Of a DNA stretch of 64,000 nt, positions 14,401 to 25,817 are shown piece after piece (within the stretch, counting starts at the first letter, position 1; every line of letters starts with the position of its first letter). A program made the position numbers and the translations under genes. The notes below the pieces were generated by a model, which ran no database searches, had not been told where the DNA came from, and saw nothing but the letters and a program-made list of their open reading frames with translations. Origin of the DNA: Pecten maximus (lineage: Eukaryota); assembly GCF_902652985.1 (NCBI RefSeq), contig NC_047029.1:13082001-13146000 (forward strand), given 5' to 3'.

Positions 14401-17362
14401 AAATGACATATTACTCTGGGTCACGATCTCACTAAGGCTGTTTAAACTGACCTCAAGTGACCTAAATTATCTCCTTACTATGCCCTAGTGTTGACAGACA
14501 CATACCAGCCAGGATACTGGAACTGGGCTAGCCTGGTTTGTTTTCAGATTAAACAATACGGCATTAAAACTTATTTATTTCCAATTTCGCACTCTGTCAC
14601 TCTCACAATTGTATCACACTTTACAAAGTATAATATGAACTGTATTCAAAAATAAAAATGATTTTGGAGTAAAGCATAGTATAATTTCTTTACCATATTT
14701 TTTGTTTATAATACGTCTTTAATACAAGTTGTGAGTGAAATTTCAGAAGATAATTATATACACCACATAAATCTTTATTTTCTGACACATAATACGCATT
14801 CAAATGATTTCTCCCCTTAGTGTTACATCAATAAATCCTAAAGAATAATATTGAACTATATGACATGTTGTTTGGTTTTTCATAGTTAGGTAATGTAAGC
14901 ACACTTTTAATTCACAGTTATCATGATGGGGGGAGGGGGGGGGGGGGGGGTCATGTTGTAAATTACTGTACAGACCTGCGCCCCTCCTCACGCCAGCCAG
15001 GTTTGGGTTGCTGACCTGTCACATACATTTTGCTGTGTAGATTAGATAGCCAATATTTTGCCTGCACAACCAAATGACTACTTGTGATTGGTCAGTCAGC
15101 TTTTGTAAGATGTTATGATACGATGTGTAACGAATTATGCATCCTATCATATTACACACCACACTCCTCCTTTATTTCTATTTCCTGTACTATCAAAGGT
15201 TTATGATCACCCCTTCTCCGGGGGGGGGGGGGGGGGGGGGAGTGATTTATTGGGCGGAGCAGACTTTGAAACATGTACATAACGGTTCAATAGTATAATC
15301 AAGCAAATAAATCTAATGTATCTGTATGTATGTATTATTTATTCTCGGTATAAAATGGCAATCATAATATAATTTATTTTGAATTAATCTTCACACATTG
15401 AGACAAATAAATAACATTCAACAAATATGTTACATTTACTAGCGCGGTTCACACCATCTGGACATTATTGCATTTTGACCCCTCCCGCTAGTGTTTTAAT
15501 TAATATACAGTGATAAATATGACCGCAAACAAGAAAATATTCTTCGTATAGTATTTATAATGTTTCAATTAGGTACAATATCCTTCAAATAATCCATCTT
15601 GATATATTGAAATAGTAGAACAGTTTCGTAGTCAAGGGATAAATATGAATCTATCTGTTACCGATTTAAAAATCGATGTGTACTACAGTTAGCGATTGGT
15701 CAAGGAAGAAATGGAATTATGTGTTATATATCGATCTGCACGTGACCATCACAACAAAGGGAAATGTTTACATGTATAATCTCATGAACTCAAACTTATT
15801 TTGTGTTATGTTAGATTCATAATTACCTAAATCAATTATATTCGTGTTTGATAAATCACTCTCAGTGTTATTATTACCTATAATAGGCAGTTATAAACAT
15901 ATAGGTCTCTATTATTTTGTATTATCAAAGTCATTAATACAAGGTCATTGCGCATGCGCATGATACGTACCTTCTGTGTGAACTAAATCTTCAACGGTAT
16001 ATCTTCTACGGCAAAAATCTTCAACGGTAAATCTTCCACGGCAAAAATCTTTAGCGGCAAAATCTTCAACGGTAAAAGAAAAACCTTTAACGGCAAATCT
16101 TACACGGAAAAATCTTCAACGGTAACACAAAATTCATCTTTAACTGTCGAGTATGGCCGAGTGATATATATCTAACTCAACTGTAAATCTTCTACGGTAA
16201 ATCTTCAACGGTAAATCTTCTGCGGCAATTCTACAGCAACAGCATATCTTCTGCGGCAAATCTTACACGGCTAAAATCTTCAGCGTTAATAACTTCAACA
16301 GTAAATCTTACACGGCAAAAATCTTTAACGGCTAAATCTTCAACGGTAAAAACTTTAACGGCAAAATCTTCAACGGTAATACAAACTTTAACGGTAAATC
16401 ATACACGGCAAAAATCTTTAACTGCCGAGTATGGCCGAGTGATATATATCTAACTCAACTGTAAATCTTCAACGGTAAATCTTCTGCGGCAATCCTAGAG
16501 CTACAGCATATCTTCCGCGGCAAATCTTACGCGGCACAAATCTTTCACGGTAAAATCTTCAACGGCTTATCTTCAACGGTACGCCAATCTTGCACGGCTT
16601 TTCATTTTCCGCGCAAGTGTTATTATTTCTTAGTTAAAAATCTTGAACGGAGTCGGGGGTCCCATACGGCTTTCCATAGTTTTCTGTATGCTGACAGCCC
16701 TACTGTTCTTTATCCTGTTTTGTCAACAAGGACCTGTTAGCGAACAGAAACAAAACAGTGACAAACTGGAATTCATTGGGAACCGTTCGCTATTGATCAA
16801 GAGACTTCAATTGTTCAACATTGGTGTTTTCAGTGTGGTACAAAACTCAATTGATTTTACATTCATTGGATATCTTGCTACATTTTGTATCAACTATCTA
16901 GGCTGGACAAAGACATTAGGGGCGACGGTGACCTCTGTTGCATTTTTCACCAGACTTCTGGGAACAGTAAGCGGGGTATTTCTTGTCAGATATGTAAAGT
17001 CGCGTTATATTCTTTTGGGTTCTACATTGCTCTCAACTGCTGGCTTCATCGGTTTGACAATTAGTGCGCATGTATATTTTGATGTCGGTGTTTGGGTATC
17101 AGTTTGCGTAGTCGGCATTCCTTTTGGTCTGATGTGGCCAAATCTGCTAAGTTGGATCAATGAAAACCTTATCCCCGTCCGTAATGAAACGTCAAGCTTT
17201 TTGAATTTCACTGCCTGTTTAGGAGCTTTACTTGCTCCACCTCTACTTGGCTACATGATGGAAGAAGTTTCTCCACTTTGGTTTTGTTACCTCTTTTGCT
17301 TCAAATCTGCTGTAATTGCTGGAAATTCGATTTTGATGTTTTTATACACAGTGCCCAAATAA
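11466..17362 (+). pseudogene. MFS transporter paralog 2 (MFSD4/NaGLT1-like), exon 3 interrupted by a foldback element; exons 11466-11660, 11931-12216, 12748-13060 + 16684-17362
   Basis: Removing 13061-16679 plus one TTTT copy restores ...ISSVFCMLTALL... and a 1473-nt open frame (490 aa). With the insertion present the frame stops at 13104-13106. Confidence 0.85.
13061..16679. mobile_element. Non-autonomous foldback-type DNA element with ~1-kb terminal inverted arms
   Basis: Arms 13061-14116 and 15666-16679 are reverse complements, with ends CTATGGAAAGCCGTATGGGACCCCC / GGGGGTCCCATACGGCTTTCCATAG. They are built from AAGATTTACCGTTG-like subrepeats. TSD is TTTT (alternatively GTTTTC). The ~1.55-kb spacer is non-coding. 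Confidence 0.92.
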
Positions 17363-18079
17363 CAGAAATAAATATTGCTCACGAAAGTAATCTTTCTTAA
17401 CCTACCAGTGCATGCTATATATAGGAAATTACGTGTTTCTCTCTGTATGTCCTAAAGATATCCCGTCCACAATTGCTTGGGAAGAAAATTGTATGATGTC
17501 TTGTTTTGTTCCCTAATGCAACATGTAAAATATATTTTGGTAGTTTCGGTTAATTGTATGATGGCCACTTAGATACTTGTCTTTTAATTCCGTAACAGTT
17601 ATATTAGCATCGAAAAATAATCAGAGAAAGTCTTGGCAGCATCCGTCAGGGAGAAAATAATCAAACTGAAATATGTATATTCCGTGACATTTAACACCAA
17701 TTGAATAATCGCCCGGTTCAAATACATTGCTTTACACATTAAAACAAAGGCAATAAGCAATCATCTGTGTACGGTTTCTTATTTACTCCATTAGATACAT
17801 TATCACAATACTCTGTACCCTTCATCAAGTATCTTATGTTTTAAACCGGCTTTTCTATGAGGTCGATACATGTACAAGTATCTCATTATACAAAGTCTTG
17901 TGATTGGAATGGGCTAGGGGAGAGGACCGACATAAAAAAAGACAGCCATATTCTTCGATAGCTTGTTTATTTATTACTTGGGGGAAAACAATTAATGTAT
18001 GTGAATAATGTGAAAAACGTACGACTTTTCTTCCCTTTCTTTTTTGCTTGTTCCTCGAATCAAAAATGCGTTTTTTGAA

Positions 18080-18965
18080 TGTTGGAAATCGGTGCATAGC
18101 TGTTATCGGTACAATAATGAATTGGCGTAAAACCATCGTCGATATTTTCTCAACTACGATCTTGAAAATAAAACAATGTCGGGTATTTTCTCAATACATT
18201 TTGTGTATTCACCTTGGTAGTTGTTTCTTAGAAATTTAGAAAGGGGCCGCGGTGGCCGAGTGGTTAAAGTGTCCCAACACTTTATCACTAGCCCTCAACC
18301 TCTGGGTTGCGAGTTCGAAACCTACGTGGGACAGTTGCCAGGTACTGACCGTAGGCCGGTGGTTTTTCTCCGGGTACTCCGGCTTTCCTCCACCTCCTAA
18401 ACCTGGCACGCACTTAAATGACCTTGGCTGTTAATAGGACGTTAAACAAAAACAAACAAACCTAGAAATCTGAACATCTTTTTGAAACACTGAACATGCG
18501 AATCGTAGAATAATGAAACTAAATGAGTTCAATTAAAACAAAATATCATTTACTGCTGTTTCATCCCACAAATCGTCCAGCTGTCATCAGTTTGTAACAT
18601 AAGGTGATCAGAGCACTATTCAGGTTGAAGTTGTGCTTTGTGATTCAATATCAAGCACGATCAATATCAAGCAAGATGTTTGACTCGTTAAAGCAGATCT
18701 CCTTGTGGAAACCTTAAAATCATTTATAGTACAGTACAGCTAGAAGGCATGCATTAGAATTTTCTATTCTGTCCTCAAATGCCCTTGTTGTGTCTATATG
18801 ATGTTTAACGATAATACCTCTTAGGTAGGTCGCTTTATGCATCATCATACAGATAACATACAAGTGTTTGTAATCGTATGGTCATGACACAGATAGCCTG
18901 TAACATTTATAAAGCAGGTCGGTAAACTCAACAACTAGTTACTATATATCATTGCCGATTATTCA
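18080..18965 (+). promoter_or_regulatory. Orphan copy of the MFS upstream/promoter region
   Basis: Colinear similarity with 40720-41405 and 45870-46520 (GGTACAATAATGAATTGGCG, GGTGATCAG.GCACTA..CAGGTTGAAG, TAGGTCGCTTTATGCATCATCAT, TATATCATTGCCGATTATTCA). No coding exon follows. Confidence 0.65.
18243..18461 (+). mobile_element. tRNA-derived V-domain SINE (BivaV-SINE-like), full length
   Basis: A box GTGGCCGAGTGG, B box GAGTTCGAAAC, V core TTCTCCGGGTACTCCGGCTTTCCTCCAC, tail TTAAATGACCTTGGCTGTTAATAGGACGTTAAAC followed by (AAAC)n. Confidence 0.88.
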
Positions 18966-19089
18966 TGGGACCTCGCGTTGTCCTGCTACAACGTAAGTTT
19001 ACGTTTATGGAAAAGGGGAAGAACTTGTGGTCTCAAGACATGATCTTGATATCTTACTGTTGTAAGAATACCATGGATAACCGTAACAG

Positions 19090-19760
19090 ACCCTCACCCG
19101 AATCTGTCGCTTATCGTTATGCAAGGGTCAGAATATCGCTCACTACGACGTCGATAGACACGTTGTTGTCCGTCTGGCCTGTAAAGCGTAAAGCGAGACT
19201 CGTCAGTGAACAACACGCGTATCCAATGGGCCAAACGAAACCGATGTGGTGCATGTGCAAGCAGCCAAAGCATTCGACGTTGGCTTCGCCTCTGCAAAAG
19301 TAGCGTACCAACATATCTTGACGTCGCGACGTAATGCTCGGACGTCCGCTCCTGGGACGGTTAATCTCCCTGTGGCTCTGAGAAGCCCATCTAAACGAGA
19401 TATTGCTGTACACCATATTGATGGCCTACATGACACTGCAAATCACCCTGAAATAGCCTTACCCCTACCGACTTTACTCAATCGTGAAATTTCGCTGTTC
19501 AATCGCTTCGAAAAATAATTTTGTATAACAGATCTGTACTGTTCCAATGATTTACCAGCACGTATGGTGCAAGAGTACCCACGCTTTCTTGAAATATCTG
19601 CTGAAAGCATGCAGCGCCAAGCGGGGTCCCGGTCGATTGAATTTTAAGAACATTTTTTACATTGCACGGAGGTAGGTTAGTATGTGATTTCATTGAATTT
19701 AGACCACATGTCTAAAATTGATATTAGAAAGACCAAACTTGGGTTTCTTTTTTTCAATAT
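19090..19760 (-). mobile_element. Second Tc1/mariner relic (5' half of the transposase)
   Basis: RPRSGRPSITSRRQD (paired/HTH linker) and WIRVLFTDESRFTLYRPDGQQRVYRR (first catalytic Asp). T-rich terminus similar to the 4503-4524 end. Confidence 0.85.
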
Positions 19761-19769
19761 ATTGGTAAT

Positions 19770-20490
19770 GATATTCAACATCAGATGTTCATATGTTCAA
19801 TTCTCGGTGAAATGTCACTTGCTTGGGCCGTCCTTACATAATCTTACTTTTTGTTAATAGATCGCTTGACAATAATACTGTACCACCTAAATAGCTCGCC
19901 TTATGCATTGTCATGAAGATTACATAATATTCGTTAAAACAATCATGATGCTAAATACTGGTAAGTTTAGGATAATCGCATATGTGTACACAAACATTTG
20001 ACAGGAGAGTTCTGCTTCATCTATAACACGGAATCTGTTAGAAAGAGGTAAGTCTACTAAATTCCCACTTGGTATGTGATCAAGAGATCAATTAATATAT
20101 CAGAATGTTATCGAATGAGTCATGAATTTTCTCCATGAATGTAAAAAGTATTTAAAGTCATTCCATTTCATTTTATCTATATATTTTATTCAGCGTGTAC
20201 ATCGAGATAACCTAGTTATGGTGAAGTTCCCGTGCGAATACATGTTGTTTTCAAGATAAGAACGAAAATATGTAACCCTCTATTCTACGTACAGAAAGTG
20301 CAGAATAGTCTTAATACTCGTGTTATCCCAAGCAAAGTATTTTAATAATTTAACCCCTTTTAGTAAGTATTAGGTTTACGGGACAAAATTTTGATATTTT
20401 GAAAAGTCATTAGACAAGGAACTAACATTGCACTCTTTACTGGACAAGGGAAACAAGCGTTTTCAAAAGCTCAGAGTTTTTGACCGCTAT
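19770..20490 (+). repeat. Duplicated non-coding segment, paralogous to 34705-35050 plus 36570-36900
   Basis: Shared ATTCAACATCAGATGTTCATA, GTTAGAAAGAGGTAAGTCTACTAAATTC, AATATATCAGAATGTTATCGAATGAGTCATGAATTT and AGTATTTTAAT.ATTTAACCCCTTTTAG. Contains the AAAGAG|GTAAGT donor also seen upstream of MFS copies 4 and 5. Confidence 0.8.
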
Positions 20491-20722
20491 GTGATACAAT
20501 CACACAATATTTTAATTAACACAAACAAGCAGAGCAACCATGCAATCACTTTAGCTGTAGTAATATACACCATAAGATTAACTCATACAATACAAACAAT
20601 ATCAAGACAAAAAGTGAACTGCCTTCAGCGTGAAGCTCAATTGTACACTACATTACAATATAATACAATACAATATAACAGAGAAAAAAGTAGAAAATAT
20701 TTGTCTACTACTATGAATACAA

Positions 20723-21987
20723 AACTAGAACTGTAGCCAGGATGGCTGACTAATACCCCCGCAATCTGCACGAGTCAATGGTGAATTGGAACTGTTAATT
20801 AGAGGCTAACTAAGATAACCCAGTAATATAGTGACCAGTTGCCATAACAACCATAATTTTGAGAAAAAGAAAGTGGCATGCACATCTACCCATGGTCCTC
20901 TATATTTGTGTGAAGTTTCATTGAAATCGGCTCTTCGATTAAGGAGGAGTTGTCCGGACAAGCATAAAGTTATGGTTCTTATCGGAAAACTTGTTTATAG
21001 TGACCAGTTGCCATAGCAACCATAATTTTGAGAAAAATAAAGTGACATGCACATCTATACATGGTCCTCTATACTTGTGTGAAGTTTCATTGAAATCGGC
21101 CCATCGGTTTAGAAGGAGTTGTCCGGACAAACTTATGCAACCATAATTCTGAGAAAAATAAAGTGACATGCACATCTATACATGGTCCTCTATACTTGTG
21201 TGAAGTTTCATTGAAATCGGCCCATCGGTTTAGGAGGAGTTGTCCAGACAAACTTTAAGTTATGGTTCTTATCAGAAAACCTGTTTATAGTGACCAGTTG
21301 CCATAGCAACCATAATTTTGAAAAAAAGAAAGTGGCATGCACATCTACATATGGTCCTCTATACTTGTGTGAAGTTTCATTGAAATCGGCCCATCGGTTT
21401 AGAAGGAGTTGTCCGGACAAACTTATGCAACCATAATTCTGAGAAAAATAAAGTGACATGCACATCTATACATGGTCCTCTATACTTGTGTGAAGTTTCA
21501 TTGAAATCGGCCCATCGGTTTAGGAGGAGTTGTCCAGACAAACTTTAAGTTATGGTTCTTATCAGAAAACCTGTTTATAGTGACCAGTTGCCATAGCAAC
21601 CATAATTTTGAAAAAAAAGAAAGTGGCATGCACATCTACACATGGTCCTCTATATTTGTGTGAAGTGTCATTGAAATTGGCCACTTAGTTTAGGAGGAGT
21701 TGTCCGGACAAACTTAAAATTATAGTTCTTATCAGAAAACCTGTTTATAGTGACCAGTTGCCATAGCAACCATAATTTTGAGAAAAATAAAAGTGGCATG
21801 CACATCTATACATGATCATTAATATTTGTGTGAAGTTTCATTGGAATTGGCCCATCGGTTTAGGAGGAGTTGTCCGGACAAAATGCGTCTACAAACAGAC
21901 GGACGGACGGACGGATGGACGGACAACCTGATTCCAGTATACCCCCCCCCCCCCCCCCCCCCCCCCTTACTTCGTTGCGGGGTATAA
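20723..21987 (-). mobile_element. Helentron-associated interspersed element (HINE/DINE-1/pearl type) with central tandem array
   Basis: The minus strand begins TTATACCCCGCAACGAAG, has a (CCGT)n microsatellite, then about 7 units of 169/121 bp, and ends GCGGGGGTATTAGTCAGCCATCCTGGCTACAGTTCTAGTT (subTIR plus terminal palindrome). Confidence 0.88.
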
Positions 21988-22985
21988 ATATATGTATTTC
22001 ATGTGTTAATGAAGCTAAAGTGTTAATTAAGCAAAGTGTAAATTGGAAGTCGCATATAACTCTCAGTATTCAAAATTAAATTATCTATTTAATCTTCTGA
22101 ATTAAATGAAACCACTGTGTTGAAGGATTTTAGTAATAATATAGCATATATAAGATATTGTTAGCATCTTTGTGCATAGATTCACAGTAATTAGACATGT
22201 AATTCATTATAACGCATTTCAATAAGTTTAATTTTTTAAAGCATCAGTTATATTGTGGAAACCGTATAGCAAGGTTAAAAATAATTGATGGTTGGATACT
22301 ATTATGTCTAATATGAAGCAAGATAAGTCCCTATCGGTGTGCAAATCTTTCTCATAGATTTAACTGTTCATGTTTTATTACGTGGTCGTTAACTAAACGA
22401 TTACATCATTCTGTTAGAATTCACTTAGAAAATTATACAGATTGTATTAATAATCAAGCGAAACGGGAACAAATCCTGTGCTAAAACGAGACAGACTGAG
22501 GAAAGATGCTTGATGAGAGGTTCGCGTGTTAAACAGCCCATTTCCATGGTACATATTCGACCAAGGATTTACATTTTCCTTACACCTATGCATACTTCTA
22601 CACAAAACCAACCAATCAGTGACGTGTACTTATCCGTTCTTGGTCGTCTATACAACATCCGAGGGGACGATAGGGCTGGCGTTTAATCAATCAAACTTGT
22701 CAAAAGTATACGATTACATGTACCTAACCATCGGCAAAGCACTGTACTCTCTCACGCAATCCGCTCTCTAATAATCAACATGATGAGAAACCAAGCAAGT
22801 CAAACAACATTAAAACCGGTTTGTTAAACGGAGAAAAGTGGTACACCATCTCTAATGCTTCAGGTTTCACAAAATATGCTGAGATTTCAAGCCTTATCTT
22901 AGAACAAAACTGCCTGGTATAATAATGCAAAACACCTACAATACTATACAACTGCATACCGGTACTACTCTTTCGTAACGAAAAT

Positions 22986-23292
22986 TGGTCTGGTCTATTT
23001 TGTTTAACGTCCTATTAACAGCTAAGGTCATTTAAGGACGGCCTCCCGTGCGTGCGACATGCATGCGTGTGGCGAGTGCGTATGTGTGTTTTGGGAGGCT
23101 GCGGTATGTTCCTGTTAAGTCTCCTTGTGATAGGCCGGAACTTTTGCCGATTTATAGTGCTACCTCACTGAAGCATACTGCCGAAGACACCAAGCATCAC
23201 ACCCACCCGGTCACATTATACTGACAACGGGCGAACCAGTCGTCCCACTCAAAATATGCTGAGCGCTTAGCAGGAGTAGCAACTACCATTTG
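22986..23292 (-). mobile_element. Meta-domain SINE (BivaMeta/MESC-like), 5'-truncated
   Basis: Core CACCCGGTCACATTATACTGACAACGGGCGAACCAGTCG. Same 3' tail (TTTAACGTCCTATTAACAGC...GTCATTTAAG on +) as the V-SINEs. Confidence 0.75.
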
Positions 23293-23329
23293 AAAAACAT
23301 AACACTTTTAGATTTAGTATAAGATAATG

Positions 23330-23900
23330 TAAACCGAAACTTCCTACTGTATCTCTTACAAACAGAGAGTAGATACGGTACACTATTTACCTTATTGCTA
23401 ATAATACATATGTCATCAGCTTTAGGTATATGTATACGCGAGGAAAGAAATGTTACCCTTTCCTGCTAAATTCTACTTCGTTTAGCAAATCATTAATGCA
23501 GAATATATGCAATTTTGTGGATAAAGACCCACCTGGTAAGATTTCCTCTAGACTTGAAACCATTAAAGTCAGCATTACTTGTAAATCGATGAAACATTTG
23601 TTTCATGATAATATTTCCACTTTAAGTCCCATATTCCCGTAAAGCTGATAGAATAGATATTTTTTCCCATACTGAATCGAAGGATGTATTGCTATCTTTA
23701 GTTAAGTAAGAACATTCCTATGTCAGTTCTTTATGGCTATAATTATAAACACACAAGCTTACCATTTAATTTATCATAGTAAACGCTTCTCCAAAGGTTT
23801 CATCAGATGCACTGGAATTAAGTAATTAAGTATAGTAATAATCCATGTCAAAAGTTCGAATGAGTTGAAATTTGAAGATAAGCAGAATGATGTTCATATA
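23330..23900 (-). mobile_element. Highly degenerate LINE RT fragment
   Basis: Minus-strand FDSVW, GGSLSTKLHIFCINDLL and KADDIC, in RT order across frameshifts. Confidence 0.55.
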
Positions 23901-25133
23901 GATATACATGTACTTTGTAAAATTGAGTATAAAAGCGATAATACTCCGTGTGTATTGCTAATATTAGCATTTTAAAAATTGGAATGATCTCGATATGTAA
24001 GATTTTCCATCGAAATCCAGTAAGCTCACCAGGATATCAGGTTTGATAGATCGGTGGTATACACTGCGGAACAGTGACAGATCACCCGTTCGGCAATATA
24101 TAGAATCGCAAGCCCAATTACGTCATACTTGTCAGTTCAGTTTTCATCGCCTTAGAGATCTGATCGTACCAGGGTTACAGTTTGATCAGACAGCTCGGTA
24201 AGTAATACTTTACATATGACGTGTATATTAGAATGTTAAATGATTGTGGCACACGCAAAAAAAAAGGTGAAAAATAACTTAATGTATTAATTTAGTAACC
24301 GAAACAGTATATGCAGATAAATAGATAAATATAAATAGATAAATGAATAAATAAAATTACATGATATAGGATCTCCTTGAATGCCTCCTTCTTATGTCAA
24401 ATATCTATATAGAAGTTTTAAAGGACCTGTTGCAGCTATATAGTGATTTTGGCCCACAGAGATTTTTCATTAAAAATGATTGATTCATCAAATATGATCA
24501 ATTCCTCATAACTTTTCGACATTTGGAAACCATTTTCTCATTTGGCCAACAGGTGGCGCTTCAGTCAATAGCATATACCAGATGGCAGCATGACCCGTCA
24601 ATAACAGCTAAGAAAATGTATAAATTCAGACAAAATGTTGACAACTATACTCTCTTTTTGAAGCCTGATCTTGTGCACTTACAAACACGTAACAACTATA
24701 TAAAAAGTGTATTTCATTTTTATGTGAGAACAATTCAAAATATAAAGACAGCTCTTTTTGCGAATTAGACCTATACTAAAATCCATTTATTCAACAATGT
24801 TCGTATTTGAGTGCAGACAACTTTTTACTTTTAAAAACATCTTTACCAATCATATAAACAAATGCCAAAATTTTGTATAGCTAAACCCCTGGCCATTGAG
24901 CCGTTTTTCAATTCAAAGATACATTAACCCTATTTTTTTTAGTATATCAAAGTACTGAGAGCCAATACAGAATTTTTTCTCATGTTACAGTTTCGAGTGA
25001 AAATGTCTACTTTTATTGCATATAAAGTGCCTCTGGAATGATGTTTTGTTGATTTATGAATTATTTTATTATGTACGCGTTCTTAACATCAGATATCAGG
25101 TGTCTGTAATATATATCTCCGTTCACTTTTAAG

Positions 25134-25352
25134 GTTTTTGTTTGGTTTGTTTTTGTTTAACGTCCTATTAACAGTCAGAGTCATTTAAGGACGTGCCAGG
25201 TTTTGGAGATGGAGGAAAGCTGGAGTACCCGGAGAAAAACCACCGGCATACGGTCAGTGCCTGGCAACTGCCCCACGTAGGTTTCAAACTCGCAACCCAG
25301 AGGTGGAGGGCTAGTGTCGGGACACTTTAACCACTCGGCCACCGCGGCCCCG
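25134..25352 (-). mobile_element. V-domain SINE, second copy, nested in the DNA transposon
   Basis: Reverse complement of the 18243 element. 10-bp TSD CACTTTTAAG at 25124-25133 and 25353-25362. Confidence 0.9.
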
Positions 25353-25817
25353 CACTTTTAAGTACAAATGTAAACAATGTACACATTGCACACCACATTA
25401 TACCTCTCTTCTCTTTACAAACACCATGAACACCATACCCATTTTACTAAAAAGCAGTATGATAAAAAAGATAACGTTAGTACAGGTTAAATTTCATGTT
25501 GGTGGTGCTCAGAATTATGATTTTTGAAGGAAAAACATATGATTTGAACTGCAGCAAAGATGACGAGTTGAGTAGTGATATGTATTCCCTTTTCCTCGTC
25601 CAAAGCCAAGTAGCCGAATGATTTGGAATAAAGAGACACCTTTGTGTATATATACATATATATTATATATAAACAGTTCTCATAGTACAATTACGACTGG
25701 TAATTCAAATCTAGACCTTAAGTAATAACGACAATATGGTCAAATATATGTACTGGATCCGCAGAAACAAATGTTTGTTGCTTTTTAATTTTTCATGGAT
25801 CTGTTATGACATTCTGT

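Noticed and set aside
13056-16679. Precise introner-like removal of the foldback using the flanking GT and terminal AG
   Set aside because: Splicing 13056-16679 loses one base, and the GTATGG donor at 13073 is out of phase with both acceptors. Neither restores the frame.
20831-21465. Repeated ORFs (MCMSLYFSQNYG...)
   Set aside because: Translations of the HINE tandem units.
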